Of a stretch of 32,000 nucleotides of DNA, positions 15,358 to 23,907 are shown one piece after another. The first letter of the stretch is position 1, and every line of letters starts with the position of its first letter. Below the pieces are notes generated by a model. That model did no database searches and had not been told where the DNA came from. It saw only the letters and a program-made list of their open reading frames with translations. Where the stretch lies: contig NZ_CP013011.1 in assembly GCF_001412615.1 (NCBI RefSeq), forward strand, positions 150,001 to 182,000, read 5' to 3'. The stretch comes from Pyrodictium delaneyi. GTDB taxonomy: Archaea > Thermoproteota > Thermoprotei_A > Sulfolobales > Pyrodictiaceae. A program made the translations under genes and the position numbers.

Positions 15358-16959
15358 GTGGCAGCGGGGATGTCGCGCCAAGAAGCCAGGAGCGTCGAGG
15401 CGGGGAGACAGTTGGTCCTACGTGTCCCGCCTCTGATACGCTACATATCGCTCCCCGTAGCTGCTGCAGGGATATCCCACCTGCTCTCAGCCACTATCGG
15501 CTTCATTGAGGGAGACCACATATACTCCATAGAACTCATGCTCTGGGCAATTATATACCTAGCATCCTCGGTAGCCTGGATGACCATACTCCAGCCATCC
15601 CGCAGTCTATCTAAGGAGGAGACACTCATACTCGTCGGCTTCAGTTGGCTCACAACGCCGCTTCTATCAGCTATACCAGTCTCGTACGCTCTAGGGGTTC
15701 CCTTGATAGATGCATGGTTTGAGTCTGTTAGTGGCTTTACTACTACTGGTCTCAGCGTGTTTAATGGCGCGGTGGATCCTGACTACAACGTATACATACC
15801 CTCAGTAGAGGAGCTGCCGCTCAGTATCCTATGGTGGCGCGCCGTAACAGAGTGGCTTGGCGGCTTCGGCATTGTGGTGATGTTCTACGTGTTTGCCCGG
15901 CTAGGCGGGCTCCCAGCACACCTAGTAGGCTTCGCCGAAGGCCGATTCGAAAGACTAGAACCAAGCATAGCTAAGAGCATCCAGGCCCTCATGGCGCTCT
16001 ATCTGTTCCTAACGATAACCGGCGCTATACTCCTCTACATAGCTGGTATGACGCCTGCTGATGCCGTCTACCACTCTATGACGGGTATAGCGACTGGAGG
16101 GTTTAGCACACATAGCGAGAGCGTAGGCTTCTATAATTCAGTGATAGTAGAAGCTGCGGCAATAATAGTAATGGCTCTTGGTGCGGCTAACTTCGCTGAC
16201 CTCTACGCGCTAGTGAAAGGTATTCCTCGTAGGTTTAGCCGCGAAATAGAATCCTTCATTGCTGTCGCATTGCTCTCCATATTCGTGGGTACAGCGATAC
16301 TCTACATCACCGGGTGGACATTGTATCACCCGCTACGCGAGGCGGCTTTCGACGTAGTTACAGCTCTCTCGGGCACGGGATTCGGTATAAGCGACCTCTC
16401 GAAGGCTCCTGAGGCTTGGAAAGCGTTCCTAGTACCCCTGATGCTCATAGGTGGTTCGGCGTTCTCGACAACCGGCGGCATAAAGCAGTACCGGTTAATG
16501 GTTCTTGCTAAGAACATTGTCTGGATGGTCACGGAGACCGTGTATGGCACGGGCCGTATAACAGTGAGAAGGGTTGGAGGCTACGCCATTACAGAGTCTG
16601 AGCTGAGACGCGTAATGACCATAGTAACTCTATTCACGTTGACGCACATGGGTGGTACACTTGCACTAATGCTGCTTATACCTGGCTGTAGTCTTGCAGA
16701 CGCGGCCTTCGAGGCGGCGAGCGCTCTAGGTACTGTGGGCCTAAGCGTGGGTATAACGAGCGCAGCAGCTACATGGCAGGTAAAAGCGGTACTAATGGTG
16801 CTTATGACCTTAGGCCGGCTTGAGATAGCAGGCTTTCTCTATACACTAGCAGCAGCAGCTAAGATGACAAAACGAGTACGGATAGAGGAGCGCAGAAAAC
16901 CAGGCATGCTGAGATTCAAGGAACGGAGAACGTACTTGGGTCCAAGCCTGCATGCTTAG
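15358..16959 (+). CDS. trkH: TrkH/KtrB-family potassium uptake membrane protein
   Basis: 533 aa polytopic protein with four pore-loop glycine motifs spaced as in TrkH: SGFTTTGLSV, GIATGGFSTH, LSGTGFGISD and ALGTVGLSVG, plus STTGGIKQYR. The start is GTG 15358 or ATG 15370. No trkA is adjacent. Confidence 0.85.
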   Translation: MAAGMSRQEARSVEAGRQLVLRVPPLIRYISLPVAAAGISHLLSATIGFIEGDHIYSIELMLWAIIYLASSVAWMTILQPSRSLSKEETLILVGFSWLTTPLLSAIPVSYALGVPLIDAWFESVSGFTTTGLSVFNGAVDPDYNVYIPSVEELPLSILWWRAVTEWLGGFGIVVMFYVFARLGGLPAHLVGFAEGRFERLEPSIAKSIQALMALYLFLTITGAILLYIAGMTPADAVYHSMTGIATGGFSTHSESVGFYNSVIVEAAAIIVMALGAANFADLYALVKGIPRRFSREIESFIAVALLSIFVGTAILYITGWTLYHPLREAAFDVVTALSGTGFGISDLSKAPEAWKAFLVPLMLIGGSAFSTTGGIKQYRLMVLAKNIVWMVTETVYGTGRITVRRVGGYAITESELRRVMTIVTLFTLTHMGGTLALMLLIPGCSLADAAFEAASALGTVGLSVGITSAAATWQVKAVLMVLMTLGRLEIAGFLYTLAAAAKMTKRVRIEERRKPGMLRFKERRTYLGPSLHA

Positions 16960-17270
16960 GTCTCGCTCGTTGCGATCTCGTGTTGCTCGGCTATGCCATG
17001 TGGTGGTGAGACTATCGCTAGCAATGGCCTCTCGGCACCAGACTTCAGCGCCTCTAGCAGCTTCCTGGCATATATAGTAGCGCTGTACACCTTATAGCTA
17101 CCCTTTACGAATACTGGCTCTATAACCCCAAGGGCCTCAAGGCACTGGAACGCAGCCAGCACAAGGTAGCGTGGCAGCCCGGTCTCAACTACAGCGTCGC
17201 CAGGGGATACTACGTCTTTGGACACTATCACCTCGAGTATAGCGCGTAGCCTCTCGCGGCTAGCATCCAC
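16956..17270 (-). CDS. small winged-helix-like putative DNA-binding protein
   Basis: 104 aa. SPGDAVVETGLPRYLVLAAFQCLEALGVIEPVFVKGSYKVY has the helix-turn-helix plus beta-wing pattern of archaeal wHTH regulators. It is convergent with trkH, with a 4-nt overlap. Confidence 0.45.
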   Translation of the reverse strand: MDASRERLRAILEVIVSKDVVSPGDAVVETGLPRYLVLAAFQCLEALGVIEPVFVKGSYKVYSATIYARKLLEALKSGAERPLLAIVSPPHGIAEQHEIATSET

Positions 17271-17353
17271 GGCTACAACCCCGAGCTAAGATGTGTGGAG
17301 AAGCTCTGGGCTAGAACCGCGTAGGGCTAGTAACACCGAACACACGTACCACT

Positions 17354-18043
17354 CTAACCGTATAGTACATTATCCAGGCTCCTTACTTCGATCCGGGCTA
17401 CGCCACCCGCAGGATAAAGGGATACTACGATACGTTCTCTACAACTCCACCCCGGAGGATCTCGGGGTAACGCCGCAGCTGCTATAGCTGAGCCGTCTCT
17501 GTACCCCGTGCATAGCCTCAGCCTCCCTGAGACCGCTATAGCTGCTACAGGTGCGGGGGTACGGCTCCTAGATACTAGTGCTAGCACAAGCCCGGCTCCA
17601 CCGCCAGCCCTCTCGGCTATCTTTGCTGCGAGTCTCTCGGGCCCAGCGCCTTCGCGTATCAAGCGACTGGAATACGAGTACAGTACTGCATGGCTATCGC
17701 TTCTCGCAGGTGTTGGTGGATTACCAGTCAACACTGCTTGGCGGCCGAGTCTCCGGAGGCTACACGTCATAAACTTTGCCGGTGCCCCACTCGGCATAAA
17801 CCCGGTGAAGAAGTTACAGATCCCGCCGCCTAGCACATAAACTCCTAGACTACCTCCTGCAAGCCATGCTGCAGCGTCAATAGCCTCACTTAGCTCGACA
17901 ACCTCGCGGTATTGAAGACTCCAATAGCCGGAACGGCCTCTCTCACGATAGGCTAGCAATGTAAGGGACTCATTGGGGGCGTAGCGAAGAACATCTAGTA
18001 GGCCATCAACACTACCGCGGGACACTATGGCTGCGAGAAGCAA
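17354..18043 (-). CDS. hypothetical protein (no recognisable family)
   Basis: 229-aa ORF, 8 nt downstream of the membrane-protein gene on the same strand. Its codon usage resembles that of its neighbours. The antisense ORFs 17508..17840 and 17578..17772 look spurious. Confidence 0.45.
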   Translation of the reverse strand: MLLAAIVSRGSVDGLLDVLRYAPNESLTLLAYRERGRSGYWSLQYREVVELSEAIDAAAWLAGGSLGVYVLGGGICNFFTGFMPSGAPAKFMTCSLRRLGRQAVLTGNPPTPARSDSHAVLYSYSSRLIREGAGPERLAAKIAERAGGGAGLVLALVSRSRTPAPVAAIAVSGRLRLCTGYRDGSAIAAAALPRDPPGWSCRERIVVSLYPAGGVARIEVRSLDNVLYG

Positions 18044-18051
18044 TGCTCCGG

Positions 18052-18651
18052 CTAGCCTCCTTTCTCGTCGCTGTTACCCACGGTACCCGGCTCGCCCGTT
18101 TTCCGCGCTCTAGGCTTGAATTCAGTAGCTCCAGCAATAGCTAGTACTGTAAAGGCAGGCGTGGGACCACCTATCAACGGTGCAGCAAGCAACAGTAGAG
18201 CAGACGCGAAGTAGAGCTGGCTGGAGGGAGAACTATTCCGCTGATAAAGCGCATAGCCGTAGACTATTAACCCTATGGACCCGGTAATCCAGGCACTCAT
18301 GAGTAGCATCATGGCCAGGTCAACTAACTGATTAGCGTCTATGAGGGCGCTCGCGAAGACTAATGCCCCGGCTACCACTGCTATGAACCCGGCAAGAGAA
18401 GCTGCCAGAGCTCCTACAGCACCTAAGCCCAGTCCAGCTCTTCGGAGCTGCATGCTGGCAGTCGCGAAACCCAGGCTGACGAGGAGTCCGCCGGTAATCC
18501 CGGCTGCTAGGCCAGCCACGGAGCCAGCGGGACTTTTGCCTAACAGAAGGCTAGCAGCTGCTAGTAGTAGAGCGCCAGCAGCTATTACCATAGGAGCCCT
18601 TGCGGAGAGTGTCAGCGTCACGGCCAAGCTCTCCGCATATACACGGGGCAT
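18052..18651 (-). CDS. hypothetical polytopic membrane protein (Ala/Gly/Leu-rich, about 5-6 TM)
   Basis: 199 aa and almost entirely hydrophobic helices, with a charged C-terminal tail (KPRARKTGEPGTVGNSDEKGG). It lies 43 nt downstream of the RNA methyltransferase gene. Confidence 0.5.
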   Translation of the reverse strand: MPRVYAESLAVTLTLSARAPMVIAAGALLLAAASLLLGKSPAGSVAGLAAGITGGLLVSLGFATASMQLRRAGLGLGAVGALAASLAGFIAVVAGALVFASALIDANQLVDLAMMLLMSAWITGSIGLIVYGYALYQRNSSPSSQLYFASALLLLAAPLIGGPTPAFTVLAIAGATEFKPRARKTGEPGTVGNSDEKGG

Positions 18652-18694
18652 AGGATCCTAGAATACAATACGCCCTACAATCCCGGTGTACACG

Positions 18695-20113
18695 TTACCC
18701 CCTCTTCTCTAGAAGTGCGTAGAAGAAGCCTATAGTGTCATGCCGGTGCGGCCATGCCCTCATAGTGCCAGGCAGCAGTGGCGACTCGTCGTAGGGGCCT
18801 CGAATCGGTACTAACCGGAACTCGGGATGACGTTCGAGAAACCACTTGATGTTTTCCTCGTTCTCCTCAGGCAGGAGGCTGCACGTGGTATAGAGGAGCC
18901 GGCCACCGGGCTTGACAAGCCTTGCAGCGGCCTCCAGCATCTCCCGCTGTAGCTTCACTATCTCGTCGAGCCCGTCCTCCCGTATCCTCCACCGCAGCTC
19001 CGGGTTCTTAGCTATAGTGCCAGTGCTGGTACACGGTGCATCCAGCATAACCCGGTCGGCTACTTCTTCCCCTAGTACACGAGGCGCCCTCCTAGCATCC
19101 ATCTTGAATATCTTCACGATTGTTATCCCCATGCGGCGGAGTATCATTCTCATCCGCTCTATACGCTTCTCGTCAATATCAAACGCGTATATCCGGCCAC
19201 GATTCTTCATAAGCTCGGCCATGTGGCTAGTCTTCCCGCCAGGCGCAGCGGCGAGATCAACCACAGTCATCCCGGGTTCTGGCGCCAATATGAGTGAGGC
19301 AGCCGCACTAGCCTCCTCCTGGATCACCATCTTGCCGCCCCGATAAAGCGGACTATTATCGAAGTCGTAGGGCCCCTGGAACTTCACTACTACCGGTACA
19401 CGCTTACTGACCACAGGCTTCTTGCCCTCGCGCCGGAGAGCCTTGACAACCTCCTCTACGCTGGCCTTAAGCGTGTTAACCCTGACGCTTATCAAGGGCT
19501 TCTTGTTGAGAGCCTTGAACAGCTCTTCGGCCTCCTCGGGCCCTAGTAGCCTCCTCATACGCTGTATGAACCAGGCAGGGAGAAGATACCGCCACTCCAA
19601 CGCTTCCTCGATGCTGCGGGGGCGCGGCCGATAGTCTAGCAACTTATCAAAGACTCTCCAGTAGTACATGCCCACATAAGGATGCGTTATTGCAGATAGA
19701 TAGTCAGCGATACCCCATTTCAACGCGTTCAACGTAGCCTTGTCGGGCCTGTGGAACAACACAATATCAGCTGCGACGCGGAGGGCAGCACGCAGCCATG
19801 GGTCGAGTATGAGTGGCGACTCTACACCCGTCAGCTCTCGCGCAACACGATCGAGCAGCCCCATCCTCTTCATAGTATCGTAGAACACGGAGGTGAGGAG
19901 CCGGTCAAGCCCGGTACCGAGGATACCATGCCTCTTGAATACTACACGTTTAGCATGCTGGCTCGGCTTAAACTCTTCCGCAGCCTTCACAGTCTCAACT
20001 AGTATCCTAAGCCCCCGAGCCGGTATAGACAGCTTAGGCTTCCCAGCCCTCTCAGCCTCCACAACCTCCCAGACCTGTTGTGCAAGCTCATCAAGCCTCT
20101 GTTCGGCAGTCAT
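18695..20113 (-). CDS. NOL1/NOP2/Sun-family RNA (cytosine-C5)-methyltransferase
   Basis: 472 aa. SAM motif VVDLAAAPGGKTSH, the catalytic Cys motifs LDAPCTSTGT and LLYTTCSLLPEENE, and an N-terminal helical RNA-binding-type extension. Confidence 0.9.
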   Translation of the reverse strand: MTAEQRLDELAQQVWEVVEAERAGKPKLSIPARGLRILVETVKAAEEFKPSQHAKRVVFKRHGILGTGLDRLLTSVFYDTMKRMGLLDRVARELTGVESPLILDPWLRAALRVAADIVLFHRPDKATLNALKWGIADYLSAITHPYVGMYYWRVFDKLLDYRPRPRSIEEALEWRYLLPAWFIQRMRRLLGPEEAEELFKALNKKPLISVRVNTLKASVEEVVKALRREGKKPVVSKRVPVVVKFQGPYDFDNSPLYRGGKMVIQEEASAAASLILAPEPGMTVVDLAAAPGGKTSHMAELMKNRGRIYAFDIDEKRIERMRMILRRMGITIVKIFKMDARRAPRVLGEEVADRVMLDAPCTSTGTIAKNPELRWRIREDGLDEIVKLQREMLEAAARLVKPGGRLLYTTCSLLPEENEENIKWFLERHPEFRLVPIRGPYDESPLLPGTMRAWPHRHDTIGFFYALLEKRG

Positions 20114-20478
20114 GGCACGTCAACCTCGCCTCAACCTGGCAGCCACGGTCATCAGTCCCGACATGAGGCCCTATTTGGTGACACCTGTGCGGAGAGACCG
20201 CGGCTTACATACCCTAGGGCTCTATGCAGTGCTCCTAGTATACTCTACACTAGTCCTAGGCCCAAGTGTACCATCTTAATATTACCTCAAGTCTGTAACC
20301 AACAGGTTAGTATTAGCAGTAAATATTTAGTAATAGTATTAATTAATGATGTAGTGTAAGGTATGATAGTTTTGTACATAATACTAATCAACGTAAAAAC
20401 TTTTATGTGTGGAACTAGGAGACCAAAAATTTACGGTTACCGTCATCTAGGCGGTAGAAGGCTTCCGGGTGCAGTTAT

Positions 20479-21045
20479 ATGGCGCATCTACTCGAGCATA
20501 TGGATGCAGTAGTGCACGGCTTATCCGTGATGAGTAGCCAGGTGCTGGTGAATCAGTTACCACGTATGATAGAGGAGCTGCTAGGCGTGCGCGAGGGCTC
20601 CGTTATAGTGGCCAGGCTTTTGGAGATGGGCGCTCGGGAGGGTTTCCAGACGTTCATTAAGACACTCAATGTTGATCCATCGCAGTTCAGTCTAGAAGAG
20701 CTTCTGGGAATATTTGTAAGGCAGGAAGGACAACCACCCCGCCACCCATTTCAAGTATTTGGCAGCGTAGAATGCAGCAACGACAAGTGCATCCTAGAAA
20801 CGAGGGAATGCTACTACCTCGACACGGTGAGGAAACACCCGGCAGCGAAAGCTGTATTCATAGGAGTAGTAGCAGGTGTTCTCGAAGCCGCGGGATATCA
20901 TGTACGCTGGCTAGTAAATACAGCTGCAAAGAAGTACCTATGTGGCAACGGCAAACCCGACATAGTGATCTATGTGGACGAGGAGATAGAGCTGCCGGCA
21001 TGTAGACTCGTAGTGGAGAAGTACTCGTGCAAGAAGAAGGCTTAG
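20479..21045 (+). CDS. hypothetical Cys-containing protein, possibly V4R (4-vinyl-reductase-like) small-molecule-binding domain
   Basis: 188 aa. VECSNDKCILETRECYYLD....AVFIGVVAGVLEAAGY loosely resembles the V4R pattern (eC...C....C.f..G...G.leg). This is a weak by-eye assignment. Confidence 0.35.
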   Translation: MAHLLEHMDAVVHGLSVMSSQVLVNQLPRMIEELLGVREGSVIVARLLEMGAREGFQTFIKTLNVDPSQFSLEELLGIFVRQEGQPPRHPFQVFGSVECSNDKCILETRECYYLDTVRKHPAAKAVFIGVVAGVLEAAGYHVRWLVNTAAKKYLCGNGKPDIVIYVDEEIELPACRLVVEKYSCKKKA

Positions 21046-21794
21046 AGCGGCGATATGGGCTTCTCCACAGACTTCAGCAACCGGTAGACCTCGTCTGGGC
21101 TAGCGTCTATGCCTAGCCTCTGGGCCTCCTGCGCTATCACCCTAGCAGCGGCTCTCAGAGCCTCCTCGAGGCTGCCCCTTTCGACAGCATCGCGGAACTC
21201 TGGATCCTCGTCTATCCGGTAGTATATCGGCACACGGTCCTTAGCCCGGGGTATGAGCCGCTTAAGAACCGGCTTAACCCTCCACATAGCCTCGTAGAGG
21301 GTCTCGAGCCCCCGGTCACCCTCGAGACACTCTCTTATCTTGTCACGGGCGTGCCGCGCTGCCACCCCTGTACGGCCCTCAGTAGTGACGGCCACCCGGA
21401 GACCGCCACCGTAGAGCTCAAGTGTATAGGGCACAACGATCTCAGTTCTCTCCGCGTCAGTGGCATCGTTGACCCAGCGCCGGAGTTCGCGGGCCAGTCT
21501 CCACACGGCCTCGTTAACCCCAGGATTGTCAGTAGCTATGACAACTATGTCGGCCCACTCCACGTGGGGCCCGAGCGCCTCGGTGTCGCTCGCATCTAGC
21601 TCCACGAGCTCCAGGCTCTCGTCCTCCTCAGCCTGTCTCCGTAGCTCTTCGGAGAAGCTTAACCCAACAACCCGCACAGCGGCGCCAGCCTGCCGGAACC
21701 AGAGCGCCCTCCGCGTCCCGACACTGCCTCCGCCAACGACAAGGACGCGTCTACCACTCATCTCGAGCCATAGCGGGACACGCACAGCCACCAA
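21042..21794 (-). CDS. precorrin-2 dehydrogenase / sirohydrochlorin ferrochelatase (SirC/Met8/CysG N-terminal domain type)
   Basis: 250 aa. VPLWLEMSGRRVLVVGGGSVGTRRALWFRQAGAAVRVVG parallels the CysG N-terminus (LPIF..L..R.vLvVGGG.VA.RK). That supports the GTG start at 21794 over the internal ATG at 21761. Confidence 0.75.
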   Translation of the reverse strand: MVAVRVPLWLEMSGRRVLVVGGGSVGTRRALWFRQAGAAVRVVGLSFSEELRRQAEEDESLELVELDASDTEALGPHVEWADIVVIATDNPGVNEAVWRLARELRRWVNDATDAERTEIVVPYTLELYGGGLRVAVTTEGRTGVAARHARDKIRECLEGDRGLETLYEAMWRVKPVLKRLIPRAKDRVPIYYRIDEDPEFRDAVERGSLEEALRAAARVIAQEAQRLGIDASPDEVYRLLKSVEKPISPL

Positions 21795-21885
21795 GCCCCG
21801 AGATGCAGGGAGGAGCCAGCCCTTCTAAGAGCTATACCGTAACAGAACTGGACAGTTTGACGAGACAAGAGGAGAGGAGAGAGTA

Positions 21886-22011
21886 GGCGGATCCCGGCTT
21901 GGGGGCGCTGCGGGGCCTCGCGGACCCCACAGCCTCCCCCAACGCGGCCGGCTTAACTTCCGGGTTCGACACGAGTCCGGGTGTTGCCCGACCGCTATGG
22001 CCGGGTCCAGG
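21886..22011 (-). rRNA. 5S ribosomal RNA, stand-alone gene (ends +/- about 5 nt)
   Basis: The minus strand reads ...CTGGACCCGGCCATAGCGGTCGGGCAACACCCGGACTCGTGTCGAACCCGGAAGTTAAGCCGGCCGCGTTGGGGGAGGCTGTGGGGTCCGCGAGGCCCCGCAGCGCCCCCAAGCCGGGATCCG... The block GGGCAACACCCGGACUC...UCGAACCCGGAAGUUAAGCC is the conserved crenarchaeal 5S core as I recall it from Sulfolobus. The termini pair as helix I (GGACCCGG with CCGGG-A-TCC). A pyrimidine-rich tract follows the 3' end. Confidence 0.9.
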
Positions 22012-22034
22012 TACCGGAGCTAGCAGCCTCAGGG

Positions 22035-22042
22035 CTATTTAA
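22035..22042 (-). promoter_or_regulatory. TATA box (TTAAATAG on the minus strand) with a purine-rich BRE-like GAGAGCC upstream; 5S rRNA promoter
   Basis: The minus strand reads GAGAGCCGTTAAATAGCCCTGAGGCTGCTAGCTCC|GGTACCTGGACCC. The TATA box begins 27 nt upstream of the GGTAC that precedes helix I, which is canonical archaeal promoter spacing. Confidence 0.55.
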
Positions 22043-22074
22043 CGGCTCTCCTGGCTCTATGTCTTCGTCTCCGG

Positions 22075-22986
22075 GTGATTGTTATGGCTGGTGGCGTGCT
22101 AGACGAGAGCGCTAGACGGCTCGCTGAGAAGTTCTGCAGGGAGGAGATAACGGTATACCATGTCTACAGCTGGCTCGCCGAGAAGGAAAAGGATCCCGTG
22201 CGGCGGGAGCATCTCCGGAGGCTCGCAGAGCAAGAGTTGAGGCACTATAAGTTCTGGAGCCGGCTATTGGGCAGCGGCTGCCGGCCCTACGGAGTGACTA
22301 TGAAGAGGATAATGTTGCTCTACCGGCTCCTGGGCCCAGTGTTCACGCTCCGGCTCCTCGAGCGCGGCGAAGAGGTGACTATAGAGCAGTATCAGAGGTT
22401 CCTAAACAGGATTCACGATGAGCAGCTACGCCGAGAGCTTGAGCAGATAATACGCGAAGAAGAGGAGCATGAAGAAACGCTGCTTAGCGGTATCGAGGAT
22501 ACGCGTGTAAAGTACATGGGGTTCATAGCCCTGGGGCTCGCAGACGCTATCGTGGAGATAACTGGTGTCCATGCAGGCTTCCTCGGTGCTACATCGAGCA
22601 CTATTCTCGCCGGTGTAGCAGGGCTAGTGGTGGGCTTCTCCGCGGCCCTCTCCATGGCTGGCGCAGCCTACCTACAGGCTAAGCATGGCCGCGAGACACG
22701 CCCAGTCGTAAGCGCGGGGGTAACCGGCGTATCATACATAATCTCTGTGATACTCCTTGCTCTGCCATACTTCCTCCTCCACACTATGTTCGAAGCGTTC
22801 ACAGTATCACTAGTCATAGCCACGGTCATAATAGCGGGCTTCACCTACTTCAGCGTCGTCGTACAGAATAAGCCATTCCTAAAAGAATTCCTCGAGAGTA
22901 CGGGGCTAATGCTGGGCACAGCGCTCGGCAGCTACGCCTTCGGGAAACTCCTTGGAAGCCTGCTAGGCGTAGAAGCAATCCTATAG
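22075..22986 (+). CDS. ferritin/rubrerythrin-like domain fused to a VIT1/CCC1-family iron (Fe2+/Mn2+) transporter
   Basis: 303 aa. The N-terminal four-helix-type part has ExxH pairs (EQELRHYKFW, EEEEHEETL). The C-terminal membrane part GLADAIVEITGVHAGFLGA...AGVAGLVVGFSAALSMAGAAYLQAK fits the VIT1 signature (G.nDGlv...GlA.l.aGa.SMa.GeY). The start is GTG 22075 or ATG 22084. Confidence 0.8.
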   Translation: MIVMAGGVLDESARRLAEKFCREEITVYHVYSWLAEKEKDPVRREHLRRLAEQELRHYKFWSRLLGSGCRPYGVTMKRIMLLYRLLGPVFTLRLLERGEEVTIEQYQRFLNRIHDEQLRRELEQIIREEEEHEETLLSGIEDTRVKYMGFIALGLADAIVEITGVHAGFLGATSSTILAGVAGLVVGFSAALSMAGAAYLQAKHGRETRPVVSAGVTGVSYIISVILLALPYFLLHTMFEAFTVSLVIATVIIAGFTYFSVVVQNKPFLKEFLESTGLMLGTALGSYAFGKLLGSLLGVEAIL

Positions 22987-23242
22987 CTCCAGGCCCTCCT
23001 TTTCTCCACTCCACCGTTTCTCCAGGCCAAGTAACCCGCAGAATCGTGTTGGATACAGGGGGACACCATCTAATCCGCCGTCAGAACTCTCGGCTCCCCG
23101 CTACATAACCCGCGAAGAGCCGGCCAAGCAGAGCCGATGGCCTCTCTCGCATTCATCCCCTAATCCCGGCTCAGCCGGAGCAATGGTTATCAACGAAGGC
23201 ATCATAGTCGAGTACCTTGTGTGAACCTGCCCAGACTAGAAC

Positions 23243-23899
23243 ATGAATAGTGTAGCACCATACCCTATGAATATCCTGGTATTCCTGGTGGACGCTGGGC
23301 AGCTAGAGAGGAGGATGCGTGGGGCTAGTACTATGAGCAGGGAGAAGCATGGCAGTATAGACGAGAGGGAGCTGGGGAAAACAGTACAGTTGCTCTACGA
23401 GGCCTTCCAGTCAATAGAAGCTGTTGGTGGTAGCCTCTCGCCCTACGTCCCGACGCAAGACTACATAGTGGAGCCCATACTACAGCTCCTAGACGCTATG
23501 GCTCATGGTCGTCGTAGTGCGAGAGGAGAAGGCCAGCAGCCAGTCTACTACGAGCCCGGTTGTGGAGCCGGCAGAGTAGCCGAGAGAGCGGCGAAGAGGG
23601 GCTTCTACACACTCTGTCTCGAGCTAGACGAGTACCTAGCCAAAGCTGCAGCAGAGAAGCTCGCCAACAGCCCCAACGCGGACGTGGTAATAGGCGACCT
23701 CTCCGTTTTCCGACCCCGCCGGGTAGACGCGGTCTACGCCTACCTGCTACCCCGGGCTGTACAGCGCGTCCTAGACGTCCTCGCAGGGCAGGGGGCTCCA
23801 CTCCTGAGCCTAGACTATCCTGCCGAGGACGACAGTGGCGTGCTAGCAGCAGCGCGGCTAGAGATAGAAGCACGGAGCATCTACGCTTACAAGCTCTAA
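23243..23899 (+). CDS. class I SAM-dependent methyltransferase (substrate unknown)
   Basis: 218 aa. It has motif I VYYEPGCGAGRVAERAA, then an acidic motif II (LCLELD) and motif III-like VIGDL. The true start is probably an internal Met (MRGAS.. or MSREK..). The antisense and alternate-frame ORFs 23496..23873 and 23560..23907 look spurious. Confidence 0.6.
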   Translation: MNSVAPYPMNILVFLVDAGQLERRMRGASTMSREKHGSIDERELGKTVQLLYEAFQSIEAVGGSLSPYVPTQDYIVEPILQLLDAMAHGRRSARGEGQQPVYYEPGCGAGRVAERAAKRGFYTLCLELDEYLAKAAAEKLANSPNADVVIGDLSVFRPRRVDAVYAYLLPRAVQRVLDVLAGQGAPLLSLDYPAEDDSGVLAAARLEIEARSIYAYKL

Positions 23900-23907
23900 G
23901 GCTATAG

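Noticed and set aside
20140-20160. TGATGA on the minus strand (complement of tcatca) upstream of the RNA methyltransferase start
   Set aside because: No CTGA D box lies downstream before the ATG at 20113, so it is not a C/D sRNA.
21761-21794. Shorter start (ATG 21761, MSGRRVLVVGGG) for the SirC-like gene
   Set aside because: The upstream residues VPLWLEM align with the conserved LPIF..L segment that precedes the Rossmann GGG motif in CysG/SirC proteins. I therefore kept the GTG at 21794.
21351-21828. + strand ORFs 21351..21599 and 21460..21828
   Set aside because: They are antisense to the SirC-like gene. The second runs into the sirC / 5S rRNA spacer, and its product is Ser/Thr/Arg-rich.
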